DNA of 64,000 nt from a virus: positions 1 to 64,000 of the IMG/VR virus record IMGVR_UViG_3300037419_001192; one strand, written 5' to 3'. Positions within the stretch are counted from its first letter, which is position 1. Each line of letters opens with the position of its first letter. The notes under the pieces were generated by a model that saw only the letters and a program-made list of their open reading frames with translations, was not told the origin of the DNA and ran no database searches. Below are positions 26,136-36,606 of this stretch, in pieces. Both the position numbers and the translations under genes were made by a program.

Positions 26136-26909
26136 ATGAGCACTTTCGACGGTAACAACCACTACTACAGCGGGCAAGGTGTGGTAATGGTAGGCAATCG
26201 TGACCCGCTGACCGGCAAGCCGCTCGGCCTGATCCCGGTGGGCAACGTGTCCGACCTGAAGATCGCCATCCAAACCACGGTGATCGAACACAAGGAATCG
26301 CAAACCGGCCAGCGCGGCATCGACTTGCGCCTGACCACCCAGACCAAGGCCACTCTGTCGATGACGATGGAGAACTTCAATGCGGCCAACCTCGCCGTGG
26401 CACTGCGCGGCACCGCTACCACGGTCGCTGGCGGCACCGTGACCGGTGAAGCCCACCAAGTCATTCCGGGTGGCGTGGCTCCGCTGGATCACATGAACGT
26501 GTCGGCTGTCACCGTGACCGGCGCGGGCACCGCGTATGTCGATGACATCACGACCCCGGACTGGGGCCACAAGATCAATCTGGATGCGGGCTCGGTGCTG
26601 GTGCGTGATACCAATGCCGGCACCAACGGTCTGGTGTCGATCACCGTCAACTATACCTACGGCGAGCAATACCAAGTCGAAGCGCTGAATGTCGGCATGC
26701 AAGAGAAGTATCTGCGCTTCGAAGGTCTGAACACCGCCGATGGCGATGCTTCCGTGGTCATCGAAGTGTTCAAGTTCTCGGTCGATCCGCTGAAAGAACT
26801 GTCGATGATTTCCGACACCGTGCAGCAGTTCGTGCTGGAAGGCAACGTGCTGGCCGACCAGCTTCGCACGACCGGCTCGAAATACTTCAAGGAAATGGCT
26901 ACCCGCTAA
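26136..26909 (+). CDS. major tail tube protein
   Basis: YYSGQG...VGNVSDLKI...EHKESQTGQR; LRFEGLNTA; siphovirus tail position. Confidence 0.85.
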   Translation: MSTFDGNNHYYSGQGVVMVGNRDPLTGKPLGLIPVGNVSDLKIAIQTTVIEHKESQTGQRGIDLRLTTQTKATLSMTMENFNAANLAVALRGTATTVAGGTVTGEAHQVIPGGVAPLDHMNVSAVTVTGAGTAYVDDITTPDWGHKINLDAGSVLVRDTNAGTNGLVSITVNYTYGEQYQVEALNVGMQEKYLRFEGLNTADGDASVVIEVFKFSVDPLKELSMISDTVQQFVLEGNVLADQLRTTGSKYFKEMATR

Positions 26910-26933
26910 TCGTTTCCTTGCTGTAATATCCGG

Positions 26934-26961
26934 GGGTGGCAATTGATTGCCACCCTTTTTC
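26934..26961 (+). terminator. intrinsic terminator built around the 14-bp palindrome
   Basis: GGGTGGCAAT-TG-ATTGCCACCC + TTTTT. Confidence 0.75.
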
Positions 26962-26977
26962 ATTTCTAGGAGTGATG

Positions 26978-27424
26978 ATGTCGATCAAGATTTCCGATCT
27001 GTTGCCGAAGACCACGATGGTCGATACCGGCAATGGCATGCTGCCGGTGCGCCCGATCAATCTGGAAGCGATCACCGAACTGATTCAAAACCACCGCGAT
27101 CCGCTGCTGGCACTGGTGGAATCGAGCATTGGCGGCAAGCCGAATTTCGGCAAGCTGCTGCAAAACGCCCCGGAACTGGTGGCAGCAATCATCGCCTATG
27201 GCGCGGATGCGAAGGGGCAGGAAGAAGTCATCAAGCAATTGCCGTTCTCGGTACAAGTCATCGCTGCGGCGACGATTTGGGAAGGCAGCGTGCCCGACGC
27301 AAAAAAGCTGGTAGACGTATTATCAGCGGTTCTGGCTCAAGTCAAACCCGTTCCCGTGCGCGCCCCGATTCCGACAGTGCCGGCAGCCACATCCACCGAA
27401 AGCCAAGTTACCTCGACCAACTAG
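26978..27424 (+). CDS. tail assembly chaperone (G-like)
   Basis: Between tube and tape measure; contains A-AAA-AAG slippery site. Confidence 0.8.
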   Translation: MSIKISDLLPKTTMVDTGNGMLPVRPINLEAITELIQNHRDPLLALVESSIGGKPNFGKLLQNAPELVAAIIAYGADAKGQEEVIKQLPFSVQVIAAATIWEGSVPDAKKLVDVLSAVLAQVKPVPVRAPIPTVPAATSTESQVTSTN

Positions 27425-27639
27425 AGGAAAGCTGGGCCGAGTCGGTGTCCTACCTGCTGGGGCGGGGGCACCGGCTGCAAGATGTCTGGGGTTATACGCT
27501 GCGCCAAATCGATGCCTTGGTGTCCCTCGGCCATAAAGAAGAAACCAGACAGCAGGTTTCTATGGTTTGGGGGAACCGGATTGCGTATCATGCAGATGGG
27601 AAAGATTACTCCCGGATCATGAAGCAATTACAGGGCTAA
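27301..27639 (+). CDS. -1 frameshift extension of tail assembly chaperone (GT-like)
   Basis: A AAA AAG at 27301-27307; -1 frame open to 27639 (GHRLQDVWGYTLRQI). Confidence 0.8.
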   Translation, partial: KKAGRRIISGSGSSQTRSRARPDSDSAGSHIHRKPSYLDQLEESWAESVSYLLGRGHRLQDVWGYTLRQIDALVSLGHKEETRQQVSMVWGNRIAYHADGKDYSRIMKQLQG

Positions 27640-27643
27640 CCCC

Positions 27644-30600
27644 ATGGCGACCTCCAATAACCAGCTTAACATCCTCATTACCCTAACGAATCAAACCAAA
27701 GATACGTTAGGGGAAATTCTTCAGGGACTCGCCTCGATCCAAAGCAGCGTGGATGGGCTGGGCCAAAATAGCGCCGGGGGCATCGACAAGCTTGGCAATC
27801 AATTGCAGGAAGTTGCCAAGCATACCGGGGAAGCTTCGGAGGCTGCCAAGGAAGCCGAAGGCGGTTTCAAGGGCTTCATCGAAAAGCTCAACGGCGCGAC
27901 CGAAGCGGTCAAGTTCTTTGCTGGCGGTTTCCTTGCTATGGAATTCGCGGAAACCATCAAGGAAATCGCTGACGTTGCCGCCCGCACTGAAACGCTCGGC
28001 ATCGTGTTGCAAACGGTCGGCCAGAATGCCGGCTATACCGCGCAGCAATTGTCCGAAGCCGATGCCGCCGTGCGCAGCATGGGCATCACTGCTGAAGCCT
28101 CGCGCCAATCGCTAACCCAACTGATTCAAGCTGGCCTGTCAGTGGACTTCGCGCCGCAACTGGCTCGCGCCGCGCAAGACCTCGCGGTTATCTCTGGGCA
28201 GAATTCTTCGCAAACGTTCCAGCGGCTGGTGGATAACATCCAGCAAATGGACACGCTGGGCCTGCGCTTCATGGGCATCATGGTGGATCGCCAGCAAGTG
28301 ATGGCGCAAGCCACTGCTGATGTCGGCCATGCCTTGACCCAGACGCAAGAAAAGCAGGCATTCATGAATGCCGTGCTGGCGGAGTCCACGAAGCTGACCG
28401 GCACCTATGAAAACGCGATGCAATCGGCGGGCAAGGCGTTGTCCTCGATGTCGCGTTATGTTGAGAATTTCAAGGATGCACTTGGCGAGAATATGCAGCC
28501 GGTGTATCTGCAACTGATTCTCGGCACCGAGCATGTCATTGAAGCACTGACCAATCTGGCAAAGGCATTCACCGAAGCAGCACCGAATGCTGACTTGTTT
28601 GGCGACGCCTACAAAAATGCGGCGGAGGAATACTCTCCGCTGGCCGAAGTCATCAAGAAAGTTGCCGACTCGATTGTTGATTTCGTCAACTTCCTGCGCG
28701 ACAACAAAGATTTCATTGCCGAATCGCTGTCGGTAATACGCGATTCTATCTATTCGATAGCAATCCTCGGCGGCGGCTTGGCAGTCATAGGCGGGCTGAC
28801 CAAGCTGATTGAAATTGCCACTCCGGTTGTAGCTGCGGTGCGTGGTATCGCGGTAACCATGGGGTTGATTGAGGGAGCATCCGCTGCCGCTGCGGGGGGC
28901 ATCGCTGCTGTTGAAGGGGCTGCTGTTGCTGCCGAAGGCGCTACCGCTGCGATGGGTGCCGGATTGCTGGCAACCCTTGGCCCGATTGCCGCTGTCGTAC
29001 TGGCTGTCGGGGGTTTGGCTGCCGCGTACTCCTACCTGTCTTCCAGTTCCGAAGAAGCGAAGCACCATGTCGAAATCGACCTAGATACGGTTGTTCAAGA
29101 TTACAAGGATGCGCTGAAAGCGGTCGAAGACGCGAAGCGGGCCAATGATCAGGCGCAAGCGACCCTGACCAAGCAAGCGAACCTGCTGACCAATGACCCG
29201 ACTGATGAATCCCAGCAAAATGCGGTAAAGCAAGCCCGCGCTGATGCCGAAGCCGCCAAGAAGGCGCTGAAAGAAGCTCAAGAAGAACTGCACCACTTCG
29301 AAGAAGCGCTGGCGAATAGCGAAGAACTGAAATACCAAGATGCGCTGAAGGAACAAATCAAGAAAGTTGCCGAAGCGCATGCCGAAAATGAAAAGGCAAT
29401 CAACGCCGAGAAGCAGGCACAAGCCGAACTGTCCAAGACGCTGCAAGCGGCAGGGATCGATTATCAGGAATACCTGAATGGCATCAGCGAAAAGAATTCC
29501 AATGCGTTCAAGGGGTTGTCGGAAGGTATCCGCGAACTCGGCAAGCTGAATGGCGAGAATATCGGTGATTCTATTCTGGCTACCCTTGAAGGCGGCGAAA
29601 ATCTTTCTTCGGGCGTCCGTACTGAAGCAGAACTGAAGAAGTTCATCGATCTGATGACGCAATTGGATGAAAGGGCCAAGCAGTTCGGCCTCGATATCCA
29701 TGAGCAAGTCGAAGGCTCGATCACCAATGCCCGCAGTGCGGCTGCTACGTTTGCGCAAGACCGGGCGCTTGGCGGTAGAGCCCGTGCTGCCGAACAAGCC
29801 GGTGTGGATCGTCGCGCCGCGCAGCAAAACCGCGCCGACCTGCTGCAAGAAGCCGATGAAGAAAAACTGCGGCAGCAGAAATTGCTGGACATCGATAAGG
29901 AAGCTTACGCGCACGGCCTCGTAGACCTGAACGATTATTACGATGCCCGGCAAAAGGCGATTGAAACCAATGCTCAATATGAGCAACGCGCCCAGCTTGC
30001 CTATATCCAAGGCTTGCTGAATGACCGCTACAACACTTCGGATACGGTCAAGCAAGCACAAATCGACCGCCAGATTGCTGAAGCCCATCGCAAGCTGATG
30101 GAAGCCGGCGATAAGGCCGATGAACAGATCACGCAAAACCAGATCGCCCGGCTTGAAGCCCGGCTGAAGCTGGAGCAAGACGTTGCCAAGGCGGCACAGG
30201 AAGTCAACCAGAATACTGGGAATGGCGACCTTGCCGTTGCCCAGCAAATCGATGACGCCCGGCGCAAGGAACTGGAAACGGTCAAGGCGCTGGGCAGCGC
30301 CGAAGCCGAGCGCATCGTCAACCGCAAATACGATATCGAACTGGAACAGAAGCAAGCGGCGCAAGCTGTTGCTGATCTGGATCGGGAATTGTCTCTGCGC
30401 CGCGCCGTATTCGATCTGGCCGAGTCACAAGCCAAGGTAGCGCTGGACGCCGGCCAGATCACCAGCAATGAAAATCAAGCGATCCAGAACGAACTGGCTC
30501 GCCAGCGCATCACCGCGCTGCAACAGGAATTCGATCTGCAACAGCAGATCAAGCAAAACGCGCTCGATGCCGGCGATGCCCTCGGGGCCGACAAAGCCAG

Positions 30601-33600
30601 CACGAAGCTGGCCCAACTGCAAAAGCAGATGGTCGATCTGTCGGGCACGATCAAGACGTTTGGCGATACGCTGCGCACGACTTTCGCGGATTCCTTTGCC
30701 ACCAACCTGCAATCGGCATTGGAAAAAGCGCAATCGTTCCGGGATGGCTTGTCGGCGGTGTGGAAGGATATCAACACCGCCATCATGAAAAACATCACGA
30801 AGGATATTGCCGAGAGCCTGACCCGCTCCATCGACAATGCCTTCAAGGATGACAAGGGCAATGGCACGTTCGACCGTCTCGGCCAAGCGGTGGATGGCGT
30901 ACCGCTGAAGAATCCCGACCTGTCGAAAAACAATGAAGCGCTGACCGCTGAAAGCGTTGGCAAGGGCGCGGCGGAAACCTACACGCCGGAAGTTGCGACG
31001 CGAGAATTGATCGATGAAACGGTCAAGGCGGCGAACTATGGTTCCCGCACCGCCGACGCCACCGAAGCCATGTATAAGCAGATGGTGGACGCGGAACGGC
31101 AGCGCGAAGCCAATCGTGCGGACAACAAGGGTTACGGCACCGTCAACCCCGGTATCACTGCTGGCAAGGGGGATGGTGCAGTCGGTGGCGCAGCCAAGAA
31201 CGAGCCGTTCGATTACGCTACTGCGCTGGAAGACCTCGATCTGGGCAAAGGCGGCATCAAGAAGCCTGACTTCGACAAGGCATTCGATGATGCGGCCAAG
31301 AAAGCTGGCCTAGACCTGTATGGCTACAACGGCGACATGCTGCGCCATATCGCCACGGTCGAAAGCCGGATGAATCCGAATGCGGAGAGCCCGGCTGGTG
31401 CCCTTGGCGTGATGCAGATCATGCCGGAAACGGGCAAGGCGCTGGGCCTGTCCGAAGACGACCTGCGCGATCCAATCAAGAATATCAATGCCGCTGCACA
31501 AATTCTCGCGGAAAACCTGAAGCGTCGTAACGGGGATATCGACCAAGCCCTGTCCGATTACAATGCCGGCCCGAAGGCCACGAATGCGGCAATTGCGAAG
31601 GGTTTCGATTTTGCCCAGAACAAGGAAACCACTGCATATGTCGGCAGGCTCGGTAGCGATGGTGTTGGGGCACGGGAAGTCAGCGCGGAAGAACCGAAAA
31701 ACCTTGGCCCAACCAAGATCACGGGCGGCGCGGTAGACGGTAACTTCGTTTCGGTGCCGATCTATAACGCGGCTGGCGATGTCGTTGGCTATACGCAGGA
31801 ACCCAAGAACGTTACGGCTCCCGATGTTGCTTCGAAGGGCACGGGCGGTGACGTATCGAATTTCGCAGTGCTGGATGAAGCTTCCGCGCCACAACCGAAG
31901 CCAAAGTCTGTGTCTGGCGTGGATTTGTCGGCAGTCGATGAACTCGGTCGCCCGATCAGCGGGTTGGTGGATGCCACCAAGGACGCCACGGACAAGACCA
32001 AGGCGCATACCGAAGCAACGCAAGATTCCGAGTCGGCAACGAAGGATGCAACGGCCAGCGAGCGGCAATCAATTGCCAGCACCGATGACCATACGACTGC
32101 GACGCATGCCGCCACCGATGCAGCAAAAGCGGGCACCGTAGCCGATCAGGATGCGGCGCAAGCGTCCAAAGCCAATGCCGATGCCCAGAAGGATACGGCA
32201 GGCGCAGTCAAGGCATCCGGTGATGCTTACAAGGGCGTGGGCGATGCCACCAAGGCGGCTGCGGAGGGTTCCAAAACACTAGGCCAAGCCGCAACCGATT
32301 CCGCTACGGCACAGGAAGATGCCAAGGACAAGACAGATGGGCTGGGAGATTCGGCTTCGCAGGCTGGCACCGCTCTGGATAACTCGGCATCGCAAGCGAG
32401 TGCCGCAGGCACGGCTCTAGCAGGCACGAAAGATGCCGCCAATTCCGCGAAAGAGGGCGTGGATGCGATTGGCAAAGCGCATAAAGACGCTGCCCCAATC
32501 ATCAATGCCACTTCAGGTGACACGAAGACGATGGGCGCGGCAGCCTCCGATGCCGCTCTGGCTATCCGCGATTTGAGTGATGCCGGTGCGGCAGCCGGGG
32601 CTGCTATCGGTGGCTTGAAAGGCTCGGGGGCTACCGGGGGTAACTCGGGGCCGGATAGCACTCCTGCCCCGGCAGAGCGCCCGGCAGACGCTCCCAGCAG
32701 TGGTGGTGATATTTCGATGGCGGGCGGAGGTAACGGGGATACCGCGTCGGATTCCGATGTAGAGGCGGCAAAACGTGCAGCAAGGGGTGCGGTAGACCCC
32801 GCCGCGTATGCCACGGGTGGAAATAAAAGTAGCGGTACTGGCGGCAAGAAGAATTGGCTAGAATCCATTGGCAGCGATTTGCTCCGTAGCGGTGAAACCC
32901 TGCTGGGGGCGACCATTGGCCGCGAAATTGGCGGCAAGTATGGCGCTACGATTGGTGCGCTGCTCGGGCGGCAACTGTCGAAGATCGATATGAAGGATAT
33001 CGAAGACTTCTTCGGCAAATTCAAGAACAAGATCAAGGATGGTTTCGATACCACCACCAAAGATGCCGAGAAAAACGCCGACGACACCAACAAAGCTATC
33101 GACAAAAGCGTTAGCGATACGCAAAAAACGGTAGCCGATGGTGCCGAGCAAACACAGCAAACCGTGGCGCAAGGAGCGGAGGATACGCAACAGTCCATCG
33201 CCACGGGAGCACAGCAAACTCAAGACGATATCGCGCTGTCAGCCAAGGATATCCAAGGAGAAATTCAGACTTCTGCGGAAAACATCAATCAGGAGCAAGG
33301 AGATTCCTTCGCGCAAGTCTCGTCCGACCTCGGCGGCGAGTTGCAATCAATTGCCACCACGGCGGATACCGGCTTTGCCGATGTCAGCGATTCCTCGGTT
33401 TCCGGGATCAATGATCTGACCTCGGGTATTGGGGATAACCTAGACAGTGGATTTTCCGATCTTTCTAGCCAAGCCTCGGATGGTGGTTTCGGCATCAGTG
33501 ATTTCTTTTCCGGCTTTGGCGATACGCTGCTATCCGGTTTCGCTGGCCTTGCCGGTATCGTCGGTAGCATCTTTGGCGGTAGCAAGGGTGGCCGGGAAGC

Positions 33601-35428
33601 CTCGCAAGCGGTCGGCTTGGTATCTTCCGCGTACAACACTTACAAAACCGGTTCCGCCGCCTATAACTGGCTGACAGGAGGCAGCACGGCTGCTGCCGGA
33701 GGCGCGGCTGCCGCTTCGTCCAGTCTGGGCGGCACGGCGGCGGTTGAGGCAGGGGCCAGCAACGGCGGCTTGGCTGGTGTATTGGGCGGCACCACTACTA
33801 CGGCTGCGGGAACAGCCGCAGGCACTACGGCAACGGGCACGGCTGCGGCGGGAGCCACCACTACCACCGCTGCTGCGGGTACTGCGGATACCGCTGCGGG
33901 GTCTAGTGCTGCTGGCGCTATCGGTGGTGCTGGGCTGGCAGCCGTAGGCTTCGTGGCGCTCGGCGCTTACCTGCTGGCGAACTGGAGCGATGGTGAAAAG
34001 TCGCTTGGCAATCAATTGCAGTACGACCCGACGAAGGGTGTCCAGAATACCCAGTGGGGCCGGCAAGGTGTCATCAATAACGACGGCACCACGATGGCGC
34101 TGAACGATAGCATCACGCAATTGAACCAACTGCTATCCCAGTTCGGCACCGGCACCCAAGTTGGCTCGCTCAATGCCGGCACCCGCACTTCGGACGATAA
34201 CCAAGCTTTTACCTATGCTGGCGGTTATCTGAGCAACGGCCAATCCTTCGGCCAACTCGGCGGCACCGGCAAGCAGGTTCCGCTGAAGAACCCGGATGGC
34301 TCGATCAAGACCGATGGCTATGGCAACCCGATCTATGGCGTCGATCCGAGTGCAAACGAGGGCGTGACGAACCATGGCACGGTCACCGATCCAACCACGA
34401 TGGCACGGAACTATATCGATGACTTGGATCGTTCCGTTCTTTCCGCGCTGCAAAACTCGCATCTGGTGGGCGATGTCGGTAACTACCTTGCCCAACTCGG
34501 TGATGTCACCAAGCTGACCACGGAACAGTTGGCTGCCGCGATGGCCTATGTGCGGCAAGCTGCTGCCTCGATCACCGATGCACAGCGGGCGGTGCAAGCT
34601 GCCGCGACTGCCAGCGCCCCACTCGTTACCGTCCCGCCGCCGCAACCCACTCCGGACATGGGTGGCGATGCGGGGCAAGCCACTTCCGGCCCCGGCGCTA
34701 CCTACACTCCGGATAACGGTGGTGACGCGGGTACTTCTGGTGGCGGTGCCGGCGCTATCTATACCGGCTCCACCGGGGGCGATGGCGCTCCGGCCCCGAC
34801 CGCGTATGTCGCGGATGCCGGTGGCGATGCCGGCACTTCCGGCTCGGCTCAGAACAGCGATGACTTCCACAAAGGCATACTCCGATATCTTTCTTCCCGA
34901 TTGGATTTGGGCGATGTGCTGCATCAATACCTGATGGGCCGAGATTGGAACTCGATGTCCGGGGATGAGCTAACGGCTTTCTATGACAATGCAGTGGTGC
35001 TGGCGCATCGGGCCGCTGACCAGAGCGGTATCCAACTGGCATTTGCCGAAGGTGGTCTAGTCACCGGCCCCGGCACCGGGACTTCGGATTCGATCAATGC
35101 CCGGCTGTCGAATGGCGAATTCGTGATCCCGGCTGAAGTCACGAAGAAGTATCTGCCGATGCTGGAAGCCCTTCGCACTGGTCGCTTCGATGACATGATG
35201 GGCAACTTGTTTGGCGGGATGCATATTGCCGTACCTCAAGCTCCAGCGTATGCTTCGGGTGGCTTGGTTGCGAGCAACAATTCTGTGGCAGCAAGCCCTG
35301 TGCGCCGCTCCGGCCCGGTCAATATCTATGTGACCACGAAGGATGCTGATTCTTTCCGCCGCAGCAAAGACCAAATCGTTGGCGAATACAACCAAGCCCT
35401 GAAACGCACTGATCGAAGGGATGCATGA
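27644..35428 (+). CDS. tape measure protein with SLT lytic transglycosylase domain
   Basis: 2594 aa, Ala-rich helical; VESRMNPNAESPAGALGVMQIMP...YNAG...ETTAYV; C-term GGLVTGPGTGTSDSINARLSNGEFV. Confidence 0.93.
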   Translation: MATSNNQLNILITLTNQTKDTLGEILQGLASIQSSVDGLGQNSAGGIDKLGNQLQEVAKHTGEASEAAKEAEGGFKGFIEKLNGATEAVKFFAGGFLAMEFAETIKEIADVAARTETLGIVLQTVGQNAGYTAQQLSEADAAVRSMGITAEASRQSLTQLIQAGLSVDFAPQLARAAQDLAVISGQNSSQTFQRLVDNIQQMDTLGLRFMGIMVDRQQVMAQATADVGHALTQTQEKQAFMNAVLAESTKLTGTYENAMQSAGKALSSMSRYVENFKDALGENMQPVYLQLILGTEHVIEALTNLAKAFTEAAPNADLFGDAYKNAAEEYSPLAEVIKKVADSIVDFVNFLRDNKDFIAESLSVIRDSIYSIAILGGGLAVIGGLTKLIEIATPVVAAVRGIAVTMGLIEGASAAAAGGIAAVEGAAVAAEGATAAMGAGLLATLGPIAAVVLAVGGLAAAYSYLSSSSEEAKHHVEIDLDTVVQDYKDALKAVEDAKRANDQAQATLTKQANLLTNDPTDESQQNAVKQARADAEAAKKALKEAQEELHHFEEALANSEELKYQDALKEQIKKVAEAHAENEKAINAEKQAQAELSKTLQAAGIDYQEYLNGISEKNSNAFKGLSEGIRELGKLNGENIGDSILATLEGGENLSSGVRTEAELKKFIDLMTQLDERAKQFGLDIHEQVEGSITNARSAAATFAQDRALGGRARAAEQAGVDRRAAQQNRADLLQEADEEKLRQQKLLDIDKEAYAHGLVDLNDYYDARQKAIETNAQYEQRAQLAYIQGLLNDRYNTSDTVKQAQIDRQIAEAHRKLMEAGDKADEQITQNQIARLEARLKLEQDVAKAAQEVNQNTGNGDLAVAQQIDDARRKELETVKALGSAEAERIVNRKYDIELEQKQAAQAVADLDRELSLRRAVFDLAESQAKVALDAGQITSNENQAIQNELARQRITALQQEFDLQQQIKQNALDAGDALGADKASTKLAQLQKQMVDLSGTIKTFGDTLRTTFADSFATNLQSALEKAQSFRDGLSAVWKDINTAIMKNITKDIAESLTRSIDNAFKDDKGNGTFDRLGQAVDGVPLKNPDLSKNNEALTAESVGKGAAETYTPEVATRELIDETVKAANYGSRTADATEAMYKQMVDAERQREANRADNKGYGTVNPGITAGKGDGAVGGAAKNEPFDYATALEDLDLGKGGIKKPDFDKAFDDAAKKAGLDLYGYNGDMLRHIATVESRMNPNAESPAGALGVMQIMPETGKALGLSEDDLRDPIKNINAAAQILAENLKRRNGDIDQALSDYNAGPKATNAAIAKGFDFAQNKETTAYVGRLGSDGVGAREVSAEEPKNLGPTKITGGAVDGNFVSVPIYNAAGDVVGYTQEPKNVTAPDVASKGTGGDVSNFAVLDEASAPQPKPKSVSGVDLSAVDELGRPISGLVDATKDATDKTKAHTEATQDSESATKDATASERQSIASTDDHTTATHAATDAAKAGTVADQDAAQASKANADAQKDTAGAVKASGDAYKGVGDATKAAAEGSKTLGQAATDSATAQEDAKDKTDGLGDSASQAGTALDNSASQASAAGTALAGTKDAANSAKEGVDAIGKAHKDAAPIINATSGDTKTMGAAASDAALAIRDLSDAGAAAGAAIGGLKGSGATGGNSGPDSTPAPAERPADAPSSGGDISMAGGGNGDTASDSDVEAAKRAARGAVDPAAYATGGNKSSGTGGKKNWLESIGSDLLRSGETLLGATIGREIGGKYGATIGALLGRQLSKIDMKDIEDFFGKFKNKIKDGFDTTTKDAEKNADDTNKAIDKSVSDTQKTVADGAEQTQQTVAQGAEDTQQSIATGAQQTQDDIALSAKDIQGEIQTSAENINQEQGDSFAQVSSDLGGELQSIATTADTGFADVSDSSVSGINDLTSGIGDNLDSGFSDLSSQASDGGFGISDFFSGFGDTLLSGFAGLAGIVGSIFGGSKGGREASQAVGLVSSAYNTYKTGSAAYNWLTGGSTAAAGGAAAASSSLGGTAAVEAGASNGGLAGVLGGTTTTAAGTAAGTTATGTAAAGATTTTAAAGTADTAAGSSAAGAIGGAGLAAVGFVALGAYLLANWSDGEKSLGNQLQYDPTKGVQNTQWGRQGVINNDGTTMALNDSITQLNQLLSQFGTGTQVGSLNAGTRTSDDNQAFTYAGGYLSNGQSFGQLGGTGKQVPLKNPDGSIKTDGYGNPIYGVDPSANEGVTNHGTVTDPTTMARNYIDDLDRSVLSALQNSHLVGDVGNYLAQLGDVTKLTTEQLAAAMAYVRQAAASITDAQRAVQAAATASAPLVTVPPPQPTPDMGGDAGQATSGPGATYTPDNGGDAGTSGGGAGAIYTGSTGGDGAPAPTAYVADAGGDAGTSGSAQNSDDFHKGILRYLSSRLDLGDVLHQYLMGRDWNSMSGDELTAFYDNAVVLAHRAADQSGIQLAFAEGGLVTGPGTGTSDSINARLSNGEFVIPAEVTKKYLPMLEALRTGRFDDMMGNLFGGMHIAVPQAPAYASGGLVASNNSVAASPVRRSGPVNIYVTTKDADSFRRSKDQIVGEYNQALKRTDRRDA

Positions 35429-36597
35429 TGGCACTGTTCAATGAAGCCCGGTTCAATACCGGCATTCGCTATGGCACCGTGGGCGGGCCGACTTTCTCCA
35501 CCGATGTCGAAACCGTGACCTCGGGCCAAGAGCAACGCAACGCCAACTGGAAAGACAGCAAGGGCAAATGGCAAGTCGGGGATGACTTGTTCAATCGGCA
35601 GGAAATCGACCATTTGATTGCCTTTTTCCGCGAACGCAAGGGTAAGGCGGGCGGTTTTCGCTTCAAGGACTGGTCGGACTACGAAGCCAAGTTCAATATC
35701 GAAACGCTGACCATCGAAGGCGTGGTAGTGGAAGTCGAAGGCACCACCGATCTACAAATGGCGAAGGAATACAAGGTGCCGAACGGCACGACGATCCGCC
35801 TGATCACGAAACCGGTGCCGGGCACAATCAAGTTCTGGCAGCCCTCGACCCCGGTGCAAGACCCGGTGACCGGTGTATGGACGTTCGGCACCGAAGTCAC
35901 CGGGGGCGGTATCGACTACACCACCGGCAAGATTGCGGGCGGCTCGACCGGCTTGCGCTGGACGGGGGAATTCGATGTGCCGGCCCGTTTCGATACCGAC
36001 CAGTTCAATTCGACCTTCGAAGGTTACCGGGATAGCGATGGCGAAGCCTTGTTCTCGGTATCGGGCTTGACCATCGTGGAAATCAACCAGAACCCGATCA
36101 CGATCCCGCTGACAGTGATTTCGACCATCGGTGGTGGGGTAGCCAACCCCGCTCCTTCTGGTGGCGGCACGGGCGGTTCTACGGGCGGCACGGGCGGCAA
36201 TACCGGTGGCTCGACGGGTGGCACGGGTGGGACTTCGACATTCACCGTGACGATTTCCCCGACCCCGCCGATTGTGACGACAGTTGCAACGAATACCGGA
36301 TCAGCCACGGTCACGACGCCGCCGATTACGGCAACCGCAGTGGGCGGGCAATCCGGCGCGGTCTACACCTATGTTTGGGAAAAGCTGGATGGCGATATCG
36401 ACCAGACCCTGACCGACAACAGCTATACCGGCGCGACCAAACAAATGACTTCGACGGTTACCACGACGCAAAACTCGGTGGCGACATGGCGGGTGCGCGT
36501 GACCGACCAGTATGGCACCACGGTCTACAGCGACAACATTTCCGTGACGCTGACTGCCACCGGCAGTTTGGCTTCGTGGGGCACCGCACCGCTGTAA
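35425..36597 (+). CDS. distal tail protein (DUF2460-like) with C-terminal Ig-like extension
   Basis: GGPTFSTDV...SGQEQRNANW, FF..RKG...GFRFKDWSD, EFDVPARFDTD; GGTGG linker then Thr-rich domain. Confidence 0.88.
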   Translation: MMALFNEARFNTGIRYGTVGGPTFSTDVETVTSGQEQRNANWKDSKGKWQVGDDLFNRQEIDHLIAFFRERKGKAGGFRFKDWSDYEAKFNIETLTIEGVVVEVEGTTDLQMAKEYKVPNGTTIRLITKPVPGTIKFWQPSTPVQDPVTGVWTFGTEVTGGGIDYTTGKIAGGSTGLRWTGEFDVPARFDTDQFNSTFEGYRDSDGEALFSVSGLTIVEINQNPITIPLTVISTIGGGVANPAPSGGGTGGSTGGTGGNTGGSTGGTGGTSTFTVTISPTPPIVTTVATNTGSATVTTPPITATAVGGQSGAVYTYVWEKLDGDIDQTLTDNSYTGATKQMTSTVTTTQNSVATWRVRVTDQYGTTVYSDNISVTLTATGSLASWGTAPL

Positions 36598-36606
36598 GGA
36601 GGCACC

